Source: Magnetococcales bacterium (GTDB taxonomy: Bacteria; Pseudomonadota; Magnetococcia; Magnetococcales; JADGBX01). From it: DNA of 64,000 nucleotides. The translations under genes were made by a program, and so were the position numbers. Position 1 is the stretch's first letter. The number at the start of each line of letters is the position of its first letter. The notes beneath the pieces are model-generated. The model saw nothing but the letters and a program-made list of their open reading frames with translations, was not told the origin of the DNA and ran no database searches. Location of the stretch: the NCBI GenBank assembly GCA_015231265.1, contig JADGBX010000001.1:23311-87310 (forward strand), read 5' to 3'. Positions 40,029 through 48,986 of this stretch are shown piece after piece.

Positions 40029-41264
40029 ATGAGGAGAGAACAGATGCAACGCGGAAAGGTTCTTATCGCCCAAGGAGGCGGACCAACAGCGGTGATCAAT
40101 CAATCGCTGGTCGGCGCCATTCTTGAGTCACGCCGCTTTCCTCAAGTGACGCGTATATATGGAGCCCGGCACGGGGTTTCCGGCATAGTCGATGAACAGT
40201 TTGTCGATTTGAGTCAGGAAACCAGTACTAATCTTAATCTGATTGCAGAAACACCAGGAGCTGCACTGGGCTCCACACGAGACAAACCCAACAATAAGTA
40301 CTGCCAGGAAATCGTAAAAGTCTTGATGGCTCATGATATCCGTTACTTCTTCTACATAGGAGGCAACGACTCTTCCGATACCCTGCGTCTGGTATCAAAT
40401 TTTGCAGAAAAGGAGCACTATCCGATCACAACTGTGCACATACCGAAGACCATCGACAACGATCTTGTTCTCAATGATCACTGCCCTGGATACCCTTCTG
40501 CAGCACGCTTTGTTGCCTCAGCCTTTGCCGGTGTTAATCAGGACAACAGAGCAATTCCTGGTGTTTATGTCGGTGTTGTGATGGGCCGTCATGCTGGATT
40601 TCTTACAGCCGCAGCAGGATTAGGACAGCGTTTTCGTGATGATGGACCACATCTGGTGTATTTACCAGAAAGAGTATTTGATATTGATTCCTTTCTGTCT
40701 GATGTCAAAGAGGTCCATGATCGTCTTGGACGCTGTGTCATTGCTGTTTCTGAAGGCATCCATGATGCCGAAGGCGCTCCTATCGTTACAAAACTACAGG
40801 AGCATGTTGAGAAAGATGCACACGGAAATGTGCAGCTCTCAGGTACTGGGGCTTTAGCCGATCTCCTGACCAATGCCATTAAATCGAAATTGAATATCAA
40901 ACGTGTGCGAGGAGACACATTCGGATATCTACAGCGCTCCTTTTTGGGTGTGGTTTCTGACATTGATCAACGAGAAGCACGCGAAGTGGGTGAGAAAGCT
41001 GCTCAGTTTGCCCTTTGGCATCAACGAAACGGGACAGTGACCATTCACCGAACAGGTCATTACGCCGTTGATTATCAACTCAACCCATTGGAAGCCGTTG
41101 CAGCCAAGACCAAAACGATGGATGACAGATTCATCAATGAGGCCGGTAACAACATTACTGATGCATTCAGACACTATTTGACACCTCTGCTTGGTTCAGA
41201 AATGCCCCAGACACATAGATTACGGTCACCAATAGTCCAGAAAATATTGACAGAAAAGAGTTAA
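40029..41264 (+). CDS. pfp: 6-phosphofructokinase, predicted pyrophosphate-dependent type
   Basis: KVLIAQGGGPTAVINQ, YFFYIGGNDSSDT and HIPKTIDNDL match. Asp and Lys occupy the two positions that are Gly104 and Gly124 in ATP-dependent E. coli PfkA (GGDGS, PGTIDND). Confidence 0.8.
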   Translation: MRREQMQRGKVLIAQGGGPTAVINQSLVGAILESRRFPQVTRIYGARHGVSGIVDEQFVDLSQETSTNLNLIAETPGAALGSTRDKPNNKYCQEIVKVLMAHDIRYFFYIGGNDSSDTLRLVSNFAEKEHYPITTVHIPKTIDNDLVLNDHCPGYPSAARFVASAFAGVNQDNRAIPGVYVGVVMGRHAGFLTAAAGLGQRFRDDGPHLVYLPERVFDIDSFLSDVKEVHDRLGRCVIAVSEGIHDAEGAPIVTKLQEHVEKDAHGNVQLSGTGALADLLTNAIKSKLNIKRVRGDTFGYLQRSFLGVVSDIDQREAREVGEKAAQFALWHQRNGTVTIHRTGHYAVDYQLNPLEAVAAKTKTMDDRFINEAGNNITDAFRHYLTPLLGSEMPQTHRLRSPIVQKILTEKS

Positions 41265-41513
41265 GGCAATCTGGCCTAGCGGAAGCGGACCATTGTGGTC
41301 TCATTGTTTGTTCTGAGCTCATGGGCCGGATTTTGACGTTCGATCTCCACCTCTGATCACCGTAGTGCCTTGCCTACGTGCCCAGCAAACTCTAGCCTTG
41401 ACTGTCTGGTGGAAAGTGCGTCACTCCCTAATATCAAGACGCATCCTTTCCAATTCAGAGAGCAATCACCTTATCTAACGTTGAATAGAGCACCGCCCAT
41501 CTTGGAAAAGCCA

Positions 41514-44500
41514 ATGTTAATCAGGGAGATACCCTACAATTACACCTCCTTCTCCGACAAGGAGATCGTTGTTCGTTTCCTTGGAGAACGGATGTGGAAT
41601 GTACTTGAGGCGCTACGCTCCCAACGAAGGACCGGTGTCTCTGCGCGCATGCTAATGGAAGTGCTGGGCGACATCTGGATTATCAACCGCAATCCCATTC
41701 TTCATGATGAGCTCATGGAGAATCCCAAGCGGTTGGACAGCTTTATGGATCGTATCAATAAACGTCTCTTATTAATTGATGCAAGATCCGAACGGAACCC
41801 TCTTGTGCTTGAACTCCTTGAAGAGTGTCAGGCCATGACGCGTTCTTTCAAGGCGCAGTTTACAGAACAGCGAACACTCCGGGAAAAAGCGCTGGCAGTT
41901 CTTTCACGTGTGACTCGACAAGACAACATTGATTTCAGTGTAACAGGTCGAGTTTCCCACGTGACGGATGCGACAGACTGGCGTGTTGAGTATCCATTTG
42001 TCGTAATCTCACCTGACCGGGAGGAGGAAGTTTCCTATATTGTACGTGACTGTATTGCCCTTGGACTTTCAATCATTCCCAGAGGTGGAGGGACAGGTTA
42101 TACCGGGTCAGCAATACCACTGCACCCCAATACAGCCATCATCAACACCGAAAAACTGACAGCGATAAGTGACGTTGAATATCGCTCCATTACAGGCTAC
42201 AAACAAAAAGTCGCCAGCATCAAAGCAGAAGCCGGTGCCGTTACCCGCCATGTTTCTGACCGAGTAAAAACAACGCAGTCCGGAGACTACGTCTTCGCCG
42301 TTGATCCGACCTCTCAGAATGCCTGTACCATTGGTGGCAATGTTGCCATGAATGCTGGTGGTAAGAAGGCTGTTCAGTGGGGAACGTGCTTGGATAATCT
42401 CATCTCCTGGCGAATGGTTACCCCCCAGGCAGAATGGATCGAAGTCGAACGTACAAACCACAATCTTGGAAAAATTCACGATATAGCCGAAGCAACGTTC
42501 AAGATTACTCGCTTTGACATCTCCGGCCGGAAGCAACTTGGCGAACCTACTGAACTAAGGATTCCAGCTAATCAAATCAGGAAACCAGGGCTTGGAAAGG
42601 ATGTCACCAATAAGTTTCTTGGAGGTCTGCCCGGTGTACAGAAGGAAGGATGCGATGGCATCGTCACCAGTGCCATCCTTGTGGTCCACCGTATGCCGAA
42701 TCACATACGGACCCTCTGTTTAGAATTCTTCGGAACGGATCTCTCTGAAGCTGTCCCTGCAATTGTTGAAACAAAAGAGTTTCTAGACAAACACCCGACT
42801 GTTGGCTGTGCAGGGCTTGAGCATCTCGACGAACGGTATGTAAAAGCTGTTGGCTATGGGTCAAAGAATCCTAGACGATCCCTTCCTAAAATGGTGCTTC
42901 TTGCTGACGTTATCAGTGATGATGAGCAGGCATTGGAGAAGGCGTGTACCCACATTCAGAATCTAGCCCAGGAACGTAACGGTGAGGCATTTGTTGCCAT
43001 AACACCAGAAGCTCGCAACAGATTCTGGAAAGACCGTACACGCACAGCAGCAATTGCCGCACACACAAACGCCTTCAAAATTAACGAAGATGTAGTGATA
43101 CCCCTTGATCAACTTGCTAAATATAGCGAGGAGATAGAACGGATCAATATCGAACACTCGATTCAAAACAAAATCGAGATTTTGGACCGTCTGACCATCT
43201 TTTTCGAGAAGGACCAGTTTCGCGCTTACCTACCGCAGAATTATCCAGCCAGTGATGAAGGACATAACATCGTCAATGACAAGATAGTTGCCGCCTTGAA
43301 CCTTCTGAATACAACAAGGGATCGCTGGAAACTCTATCTTGAACAGTCTGACTCCATAGCAGAGGACCATTCTGATCTACTCTTAGGAGATTCAGCTACG
43401 GCTTTACGCCCCTCTGATACCTTGATGAACCTGATGTTGAGACGGGATCTCGTCATCTCCTATAAAAAGGAGGTGAGGAACAGTTTGATAGAAGAGATCT
43501 TCAATGGGGACACTTGGCGTGAGGTGCGTCGTAAACTTGATGAGATGCATGCAACGATTCGTTCTGGACGTCTATTTGTTGCGCTACATATGCACGCTGG
43601 GGATGGCAATATCCACACAAACATCCCTGTTAATTCAAATGACTATACGATGCTGCAGAAAGCCGAGCACATTGTCCACAAAGTGATGCAACTTGCAAAG
43701 GACCTTGGTGGTGCTATCTCAGGTGAGCATGGCACAGGCCTGACAAAACAACACTATTTGGACCCGAAGATAATTGAGGCTTTTGCCGACTATAAACGGA
43801 GAATCGATCCAGACGAACACTTCAATAAAGGTAAGCTTATGCCGGGTTCAGGCCTAGCTAATGCTTACACACCCTCGCTGCGTCTGGTACAGCAGGAAGC
43901 ACTTCTTCTCCATGAAAGTGAGCTCGGGGCACTGAATGATGATATCCGCAACTGTCTGAGATGTGGGAAATGCAAACCAGTATGCACCACACATGTACCA
44001 CAAGCCTCTTTACTCTACTCTCCTCGAAACAAAATACTGACAGCGGGTTTAATAATTGAGGCGTTCCTTTTTGCTGAACAAACACGCACTGGACTTGATC
44101 TTCACCACACTCTGGAGTTCAATGAATTGGCAGATCATTGCACCATTTGCCACCGCTGTGTGACTCCCTGCCCTGTCAATATCGACTTTGGTAAAGTTAC
44201 CATCCGAATGCGTGAAATATTAACTGAGCATCAAAAACGTGTTAGTAGCTTTGCTGGAAAAGGCGCTTTACATTTCCTAACTACAACGCATCCTGCTCGG
44301 ATCAATCTATCCCGTTCACTAATACTGAAACCCGGCTATGCTGGCCAACGTCTGGCTCATTCACTTGCACGTCGTTTTCTAAACCCCTCCCATAGTCAAA
44401 AATCTGAAGAAGAGAGCATAAAACATCTTCCAGCTCCAACGAATAGAAAACCGTCGCTTGCTGCCCAAGTGAAGCACCTTCTCGCCACCCCACTCCCATG

Positions 44501-45392
44501 GCCGTTGGCAAAAAACACCATGCGTTCACAGCTGGGATTGGAGAATTCCAACTCTCTACCAATCATCCGCAATACAGCCAAGACAGACGACAGCAGCGAT
44601 GCAGTTTTCTACTTTCCAGGCTGTGGTTGCGAACGCCTCTACAGCGATATTTCCATGGCAGTTCTTGCGGCTTTGTATCATCTCGGCACTTCGACGGTCA
44701 TCCCACCAGGCTATCTCTGCTGTGGTTTCCCCCAGCGTGCGTCAGGAGACAGTAAACAGGGACGTAGTATCATCACCCACAACAGGGTTCTGTTCCATCG
44801 AATTGCTGCTGCAGTCAAACATATGAACATCAAGACTGTCCTCGTCTCGTGCGGGACCTGCCTTGATCAGTTGACTACTTACCGGTTCAAGTCGATCTTC
44901 CCCGGCTGTCGTCTTATGGATATTCATGAGTATCTGATGGAAAAGGGGCTTACACTACCTAATGATCACTCAAAACAGAACTTCCTCTACCATGACCCCT
45001 GTCACTCTCCTTCAAAGCATCATAACCCTCTGACAGTTGCAGAGACTCTGCTTAGTGGAAAGGCGCACCTCTCAGACCGTTGCTGTGGAGAAGCAGGCAC
45101 CTTCTCAGTATCCCGCCCTGATATAGCGACTCAAGCACGATATAGAAAAGAGTTGGAGATCAAACACGGAGTCCAGGAGCTTTTGCCCAAAGATCCATCA
45201 GATAGCAGTAAAGTTCAGATATACACAGCGTGCCCATCTTGCGTTCAGGGTCTTTATCGTTACAGAAAAAGTACTGGCGTCCACTCTGATTTCCTAATAT
45301 TGGAAGTTGCGCGTCGCCTGTTTGGTGAGAAGTGGCAGGAGACCATTATTCCTGAGATTCAGGAACAGGGTATTCAGGAAATCATCCTTTAA
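41514..45392 (+). CDS. large FAD-linked oxidase fused to 4Fe-4S and CCG (GlcD+GlcF / YdiJ-like) domains, with DUF3683-like N-terminal extension
   Basis: The start is taken at MLIREIPYNYTSFSD (the IPYNY motif of the DUF3683 region as I recall it). FAD_binding_4 is present (IIPRGGGTGYTGSAIP, GGNVAMNAGG) with an oxidase C-domain (GAISGEHGTGL). There are two ferredoxin clusters (CLRCGKCKPVC, CTICHRCVTPCP) and two Cys-rich CCG-like repeats (FYFPGCGC, YHDPCH). Confidence 0.85.
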   Translation: MLIREIPYNYTSFSDKEIVVRFLGERMWNVLEALRSQRRTGVSARMLMEVLGDIWIINRNPILHDELMENPKRLDSFMDRINKRLLLIDARSERNPLVLELLEECQAMTRSFKAQFTEQRTLREKALAVLSRVTRQDNIDFSVTGRVSHVTDATDWRVEYPFVVISPDREEEVSYIVRDCIALGLSIIPRGGGTGYTGSAIPLHPNTAIINTEKLTAISDVEYRSITGYKQKVASIKAEAGAVTRHVSDRVKTTQSGDYVFAVDPTSQNACTIGGNVAMNAGGKKAVQWGTCLDNLISWRMVTPQAEWIEVERTNHNLGKIHDIAEATFKITRFDISGRKQLGEPTELRIPANQIRKPGLGKDVTNKFLGGLPGVQKEGCDGIVTSAILVVHRMPNHIRTLCLEFFGTDLSEAVPAIVETKEFLDKHPTVGCAGLEHLDERYVKAVGYGSKNPRRSLPKMVLLADVISDDEQALEKACTHIQNLAQERNGEAFVAITPEARNRFWKDRTRTAAIAAHTNAFKINEDVVIPLDQLAKYSEEIERINIEHSIQNKIEILDRLTIFFEKDQFRAYLPQNYPASDEGHNIVNDKIVAALNLLNTTRDRWKLYLEQSDSIAEDHSDLLLGDSATALRPSDTLMNLMLRRDLVISYKKEVRNSLIEEIFNGDTWREVRRKLDEMHATIRSGRLFVALHMHAGDGNIHTNIPVNSNDYTMLQKAEHIVHKVMQLAKDLGGAISGEHGTGLTKQHYLDPKIIEAFADYKRRIDPDEHFNKGKLMPGSGLANAYTPSLRLVQQEALLLHESELGALNDDIRNCLRCGKCKPVCTTHVPQASLLYSPRNKILTAGLIIEAFLFAEQTRTGLDLHHTLEFNELADHCTICHRCVTPCPVNIDFGKVTIRMREILTEHQKRVSSFAGKGALHFLTTTHPARINLSRSLILKPGYAGQRLAHSLARRFLNPSHSQKSEEESIKHLPAPTNRKPSLAAQVKHLLATPLPWPLAKNTMRSQLGLENSNSLPIIRNTAKTDDSSDAVFYFPGCGCERLYSDISMAVLAALYHLGTSTVIPPGYLCCGFPQRASGDSKQGRSIITHNRVLFHRIAAAVKHMNIKTVLVSCGTCLDQLTTYRFKSIFPGCRLMDIHEYLMEKGLTLPNDHSKQNFLYHDPCHSPSKHHNPLTVAETLLSGKAHLSDRCCGEAGTFSVSRPDIATQARYRKELEIKHGVQELLPKDPSDSSKVQIYTACPSCVQGLYRYRKSTGVHSDFLILEVARRLFGEKWQETIIPEIQEQGIQEIIL

Positions 45393-45404
45393 CGGTTTCA
45401 AACT

Positions 45405-48086
45405 ATGTCGAAAACAAAACAGCCGACGCTTCTCAAAGAGTATGCACAACCGGACTATCTGGTCACCTCTTTGGAGCTCCATTTTGAACTTGATGAAGAC
45501 AGGACAGTGGTGTTCAGCCGCGCACGCTACTGCCGTAATCATAAGAGGCAGCAGTTGCATGAAGCTGCCTCTATCCCTCTGGTCCTAAATGGAATAGATC
45601 TGGAAATTAATAGCTGTCAACTCGATGGAGACGCACTGTCTGAACAAGCATTCTCCGTATCAGAATCTGCAGGAACGTTTACTCTGCTCCACCCTCCATC
45701 TTCCCCTTTTACACTTGAATTCAGCACAACAATCTATCCTGAAAAGAACACTGCGCTTGAAGGGCTCTATAAGACAGATGGACTCTTCTGCACGCAATGT
45801 GAAGCGGAAGGATTTCGGAAAATCACCTTTTTTCTGGACAGACCCGATATTCTGACCTCGTTCACAACGCGCATTGAAGCCGATAAGAGTCGCTACCCTG
45901 TGCTTCTCTCTAATGGGAATCGCACCGACTCTGGCGAGTTAGCCAACGGGCGGCACTATGTCGTTTGGGAGGATCCTTTTCCAAAACCCAGCTATCTTTT
46001 TGCTCTTGTTGCCGGGGATCTTGCCCTTCTGAGTGATACGCATACCACACCGAGTGGTCGTACAGTCACCCTTGAGATCTATGCGGACCACAATGACATC
46101 AACCATTGTCGCCATGCGATTGATTCTCTCAAAAAATCAATGGTGTGGGATGAGGAAGTCTATGGTCGTGAATACGATTTAGACATCTACATGATCGTGG
46201 CTGTTCGTGACTTCAATATGGGGGCTATGGAGAATAAAGGCCTCAATATTTTCAATGACAAATATATTCTTGCAGACCCGGCATCAGCAACAGATCAGGA
46301 CTATGCCCATATTGAGAATGTGATCGCACATGAGTACTTCCACAACTGGACGGGAAACCGCATTACGTGCCGGGATTGGTTTCAACTCAGTCTTAAAGAA
46401 GGTCTGACCGTCTTTCGGGATCAAGAATTCTCTTCTGATATGCAATCAAGAACAGTGAAGAGAATCCAGGATGTACAGATACTCAAGACCTATCAATTCG
46501 TAGAAGATTCTGGTCCGACGGCCCACCCTGTTCAGCCTCAATCCTACTACGAAATAAACAATTTCTACACGCTCACTGTCTATAACAAAGGCGCTGAAGT
46601 CGTCCGCATGCTCCACACTCTTCTTGGCGCTGATGGGTTCCATGCAGGCATGGACCTCTATTTTGACAGGCACGATGGTCAAGCTGTAACCATTGAAGAC
46701 TTCCTTACCTGCATGCAGGACGCAACCGGACGCAACCTTGATCAGTTCAAACTCTGGTATACCCAAGCGGGGACCCCCACGTTGTCGTGTACGGACCACT
46801 TTGATCCAGACCGAGAAGTCTATACGCTCACTTTTGAACAGAGCTCAGACTCCTCACCAGGACAACCGGTTAAACGCCCATATCACATTCCTGTCAAAAT
46901 TGCCTTTTTTGACGAAAAAGGTTCAAGTGTGGATCTTGCTGGTTATCCTGATTCCGGCAATCACTTTTCAGAAACTCTTCTTGAGATTACATCAACTTCA
47001 CAGAGTTTTGATTTTTCAGGGATCACCGAGCGACCACAAGTATCTCTCCTGCGTGATTTCTCAGCGCCCGTGCATCTAAAAGGCATGGACGATGATGCTG
47101 CCCTCCTTTTTTCCTGGGCACATGATACGAATGGGTACAACAGGTGGCATGCATCTCAGCGTTTCATGAGCAGGCAGATTCTCGAACACTATGACAGCAA
47201 TGTGGTCCAGAGCAACGGCTCAATTGCCTCTGACCTATTGCTGGAAGCGTGTAAGTCGACTCTTGATGAAGATGGGTTGGGCGCATCCATAAAAGCGATG
47301 TGTATCGAGCCTCCCTCTGTCACCTATCTGATGGAACGTGTACATCAGCCGAACCCTTCCCTTCTCTATAAGATTCGTGCACAACTTCGCGTTAATATCG
47401 CAACAGGTCTCCGCACAAGATTACGAGATCACTACCATATTTTGACTGAGCAGTTGAGAAGTTTCGGTGAGTACGCTTTTACTGCTGATCAGGCTGCTCT
47501 CAGGCACCTGAAAAATGCTTCACTTTCCCATCTCGTGCAATTGAAGGACCCGGAATTCGATAAACTGGCTTTCAACCAGTTCAACACTGCAGACAATATG
47601 ACAGATGCCCTCTCAGCACTTACTGCATTGGTTCATTTTGACCGCCCTGAACGCAAGCAGGTTCTGAAAAGGTTTCATGATAAGTGGAAGAACACTCCAC
47701 TGGTTATGGATAAATGGTTTGCCGTCCAGGCGATGTCACCAAACCCGGCAACGTTAAGGAAAGTCAGAACACTCCTACAATCAACGGACTTCTCTTTTTC
47801 CAATCCTAATAGAGTCCGTGCTCTGCTTGGCAGTTTTTCTTCTGGAAATCCTGCCTGTTTCCATGCAAAAGATGGTGCGGGTTATCGTTTTTTAGCGGAT
47901 CAGATTATCTTTTTGGATACCAGAAATCCGCAACTTGCTGCTCGCTTGACAACGCCTCTCTGTCATTGGCGTAAATTTGATTCGGAACGTGCAGAAATGA
48001 TGTGTACTGCTTTGGAACGTATTCTTAAAACGGCACACCTGTCAAAAGATGTCTTGGAAATCGTGACCAAATCACTCCCTTCGTAA
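45405..48086 (+). CDS. pepN: aminopeptidase N (M1 family)
   Basis: GAMENKGLNIFN and the zinc motif HEYFHNWTGNRITCRDWFQLSLKEG are present. The length is 893 aa. Confidence 0.95.
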   Translation: MSKTKQPTLLKEYAQPDYLVTSLELHFELDEDRTVVFSRARYCRNHKRQQLHEAASIPLVLNGIDLEINSCQLDGDALSEQAFSVSESAGTFTLLHPPSSPFTLEFSTTIYPEKNTALEGLYKTDGLFCTQCEAEGFRKITFFLDRPDILTSFTTRIEADKSRYPVLLSNGNRTDSGELANGRHYVVWEDPFPKPSYLFALVAGDLALLSDTHTTPSGRTVTLEIYADHNDINHCRHAIDSLKKSMVWDEEVYGREYDLDIYMIVAVRDFNMGAMENKGLNIFNDKYILADPASATDQDYAHIENVIAHEYFHNWTGNRITCRDWFQLSLKEGLTVFRDQEFSSDMQSRTVKRIQDVQILKTYQFVEDSGPTAHPVQPQSYYEINNFYTLTVYNKGAEVVRMLHTLLGADGFHAGMDLYFDRHDGQAVTIEDFLTCMQDATGRNLDQFKLWYTQAGTPTLSCTDHFDPDREVYTLTFEQSSDSSPGQPVKRPYHIPVKIAFFDEKGSSVDLAGYPDSGNHFSETLLEITSTSQSFDFSGITERPQVSLLRDFSAPVHLKGMDDDAALLFSWAHDTNGYNRWHASQRFMSRQILEHYDSNVVQSNGSIASDLLLEACKSTLDEDGLGASIKAMCIEPPSVTYLMERVHQPNPSLLYKIRAQLRVNIATGLRTRLRDHYHILTEQLRSFGEYAFTADQAALRHLKNASLSHLVQLKDPEFDKLAFNQFNTADNMTDALSALTALVHFDRPERKQVLKRFHDKWKNTPLVMDKWFAVQAMSPNPATLRKVRTLLQSTDFSFSNPNRVRALLGSFSSGNPACFHAKDGAGYRFLADQIIFLDTRNPQLAARLTTPLCHWRKFDSERAEMMCTALERILKTAHLSKDVLEIVTKSLPS

Positions 48087-48252
48087 TTTCACTGATTCCG
48101 ATCAATTCAGTCCGAAACGCGATGCTTCCGACAGAGGAGAGTACAGTGAACGTTCGATCTGTCGCATACATCGCCTTTCTCATCGTGTCCAAAATCGGTT
48201 ACCATAATTATGAATCTATATATGCTGTTCCAGAATGGGTGGAGTTGGTGAA

Positions 48253-48708
48253 ATGAGTAGACCAGACGACGCGTCCAATAAGCAGACAGGTACAACTGCG
48301 GCCTCTGAGCCCGTACGCATGGACAAGCGTATCCGCTTTGTTACCGGGCTCAGTCTCTCAATGGATACTGGTCTGGCAATGGAAGGACAAACGACGGACG
48401 TCAGCCTCAGTGGTGCTTTCATGCAAATTGAAGGCGGACCGCCAGAAGAGATTCAATCAGGAGATCGAGGTGTTGTTGGTGTGATGGTCAAAGAGGAGGA
48501 GAACACTTATACCATGTCCTTCCCATGTACCGTCGTTCGGGTAACGCACGAAGGACTCGGTTTGGATTTTGATGAGGAGATTTCTGAAGAAGAGGTTGTT
48601 GAAGAAGAGGAAGAAGGTAACTTTGGTGGCATGGCGGGTGATATCGACCCGGAAGCCCTGATCCGTGATTACGAGACCCGGGATCCTGAAGCAGATGACG
48701 AAGAGTGA
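48253..48708 (+). CDS. PilZ-domain protein with acidic C-terminal tail
   Basis: It has the canonical c-di-GMP motifs RMDKR (RxxxR) and DVSLSG (DxSxxG). The tail is EEISEEEVVEEEEEG...DPEADDEE. The start is taken at MSRPDD. Confidence 0.7.
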   Translation: MSRPDDASNKQTGTTAASEPVRMDKRIRFVTGLSLSMDTGLAMEGQTTDVSLSGAFMQIEGGPPEEIQSGDRGVVGVMVKEEENTYTMSFPCTVVRVTHEGLGLDFDEEISEEEVVEEEEEGNFGGMAGDIDPEALIRDYETRDPEADDEE

Positions 48709-48789
48709 TGCACGTCGTTAATGAACCCCTCTGAAAAGAAAAAAGCGACTGACGACCAGAAGTGGACCACAAAGATCCACCACTTCCGT

Positions 48790-48975
48790 TAGGGCGTGTC
48801 CTCAATTAGAACGAAATCGCGTTTGTGACTGAAAATGCAGCAGGCAAGGCGTGAGGAACGCGGTTTGGCACGGCCAAATGAGCAACGAACAACACAGCAT
48901 GGTGCATTTTCAGGCCAAACCCGAAGGGCTGGCAGCACGCCAGCGCGGTTCCGAGCTCATTGAGGACTCGCCCTA
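48790..48975. repeat. 186-bp nested inverted-repeat element (MITE-like or structured RNA)
   Basis: Terminal IRs are TAGGGCGTGTCCTCAATTAG (48790-48809) and CTCATTGAGGACTCGCCCTA (48956-48975), complementary at 18/20. An internal IR pairs CTGAAAATGCAGCA (48829-48842) with TGGTGCATTTTCAG (48900-48913) at 13/14. GGTTTGGC (48862-48869) is complementary to GCCAAACC (48914-48921). Confidence 0.55.
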
Positions 48976-48986
48976 AATTCACTCTC

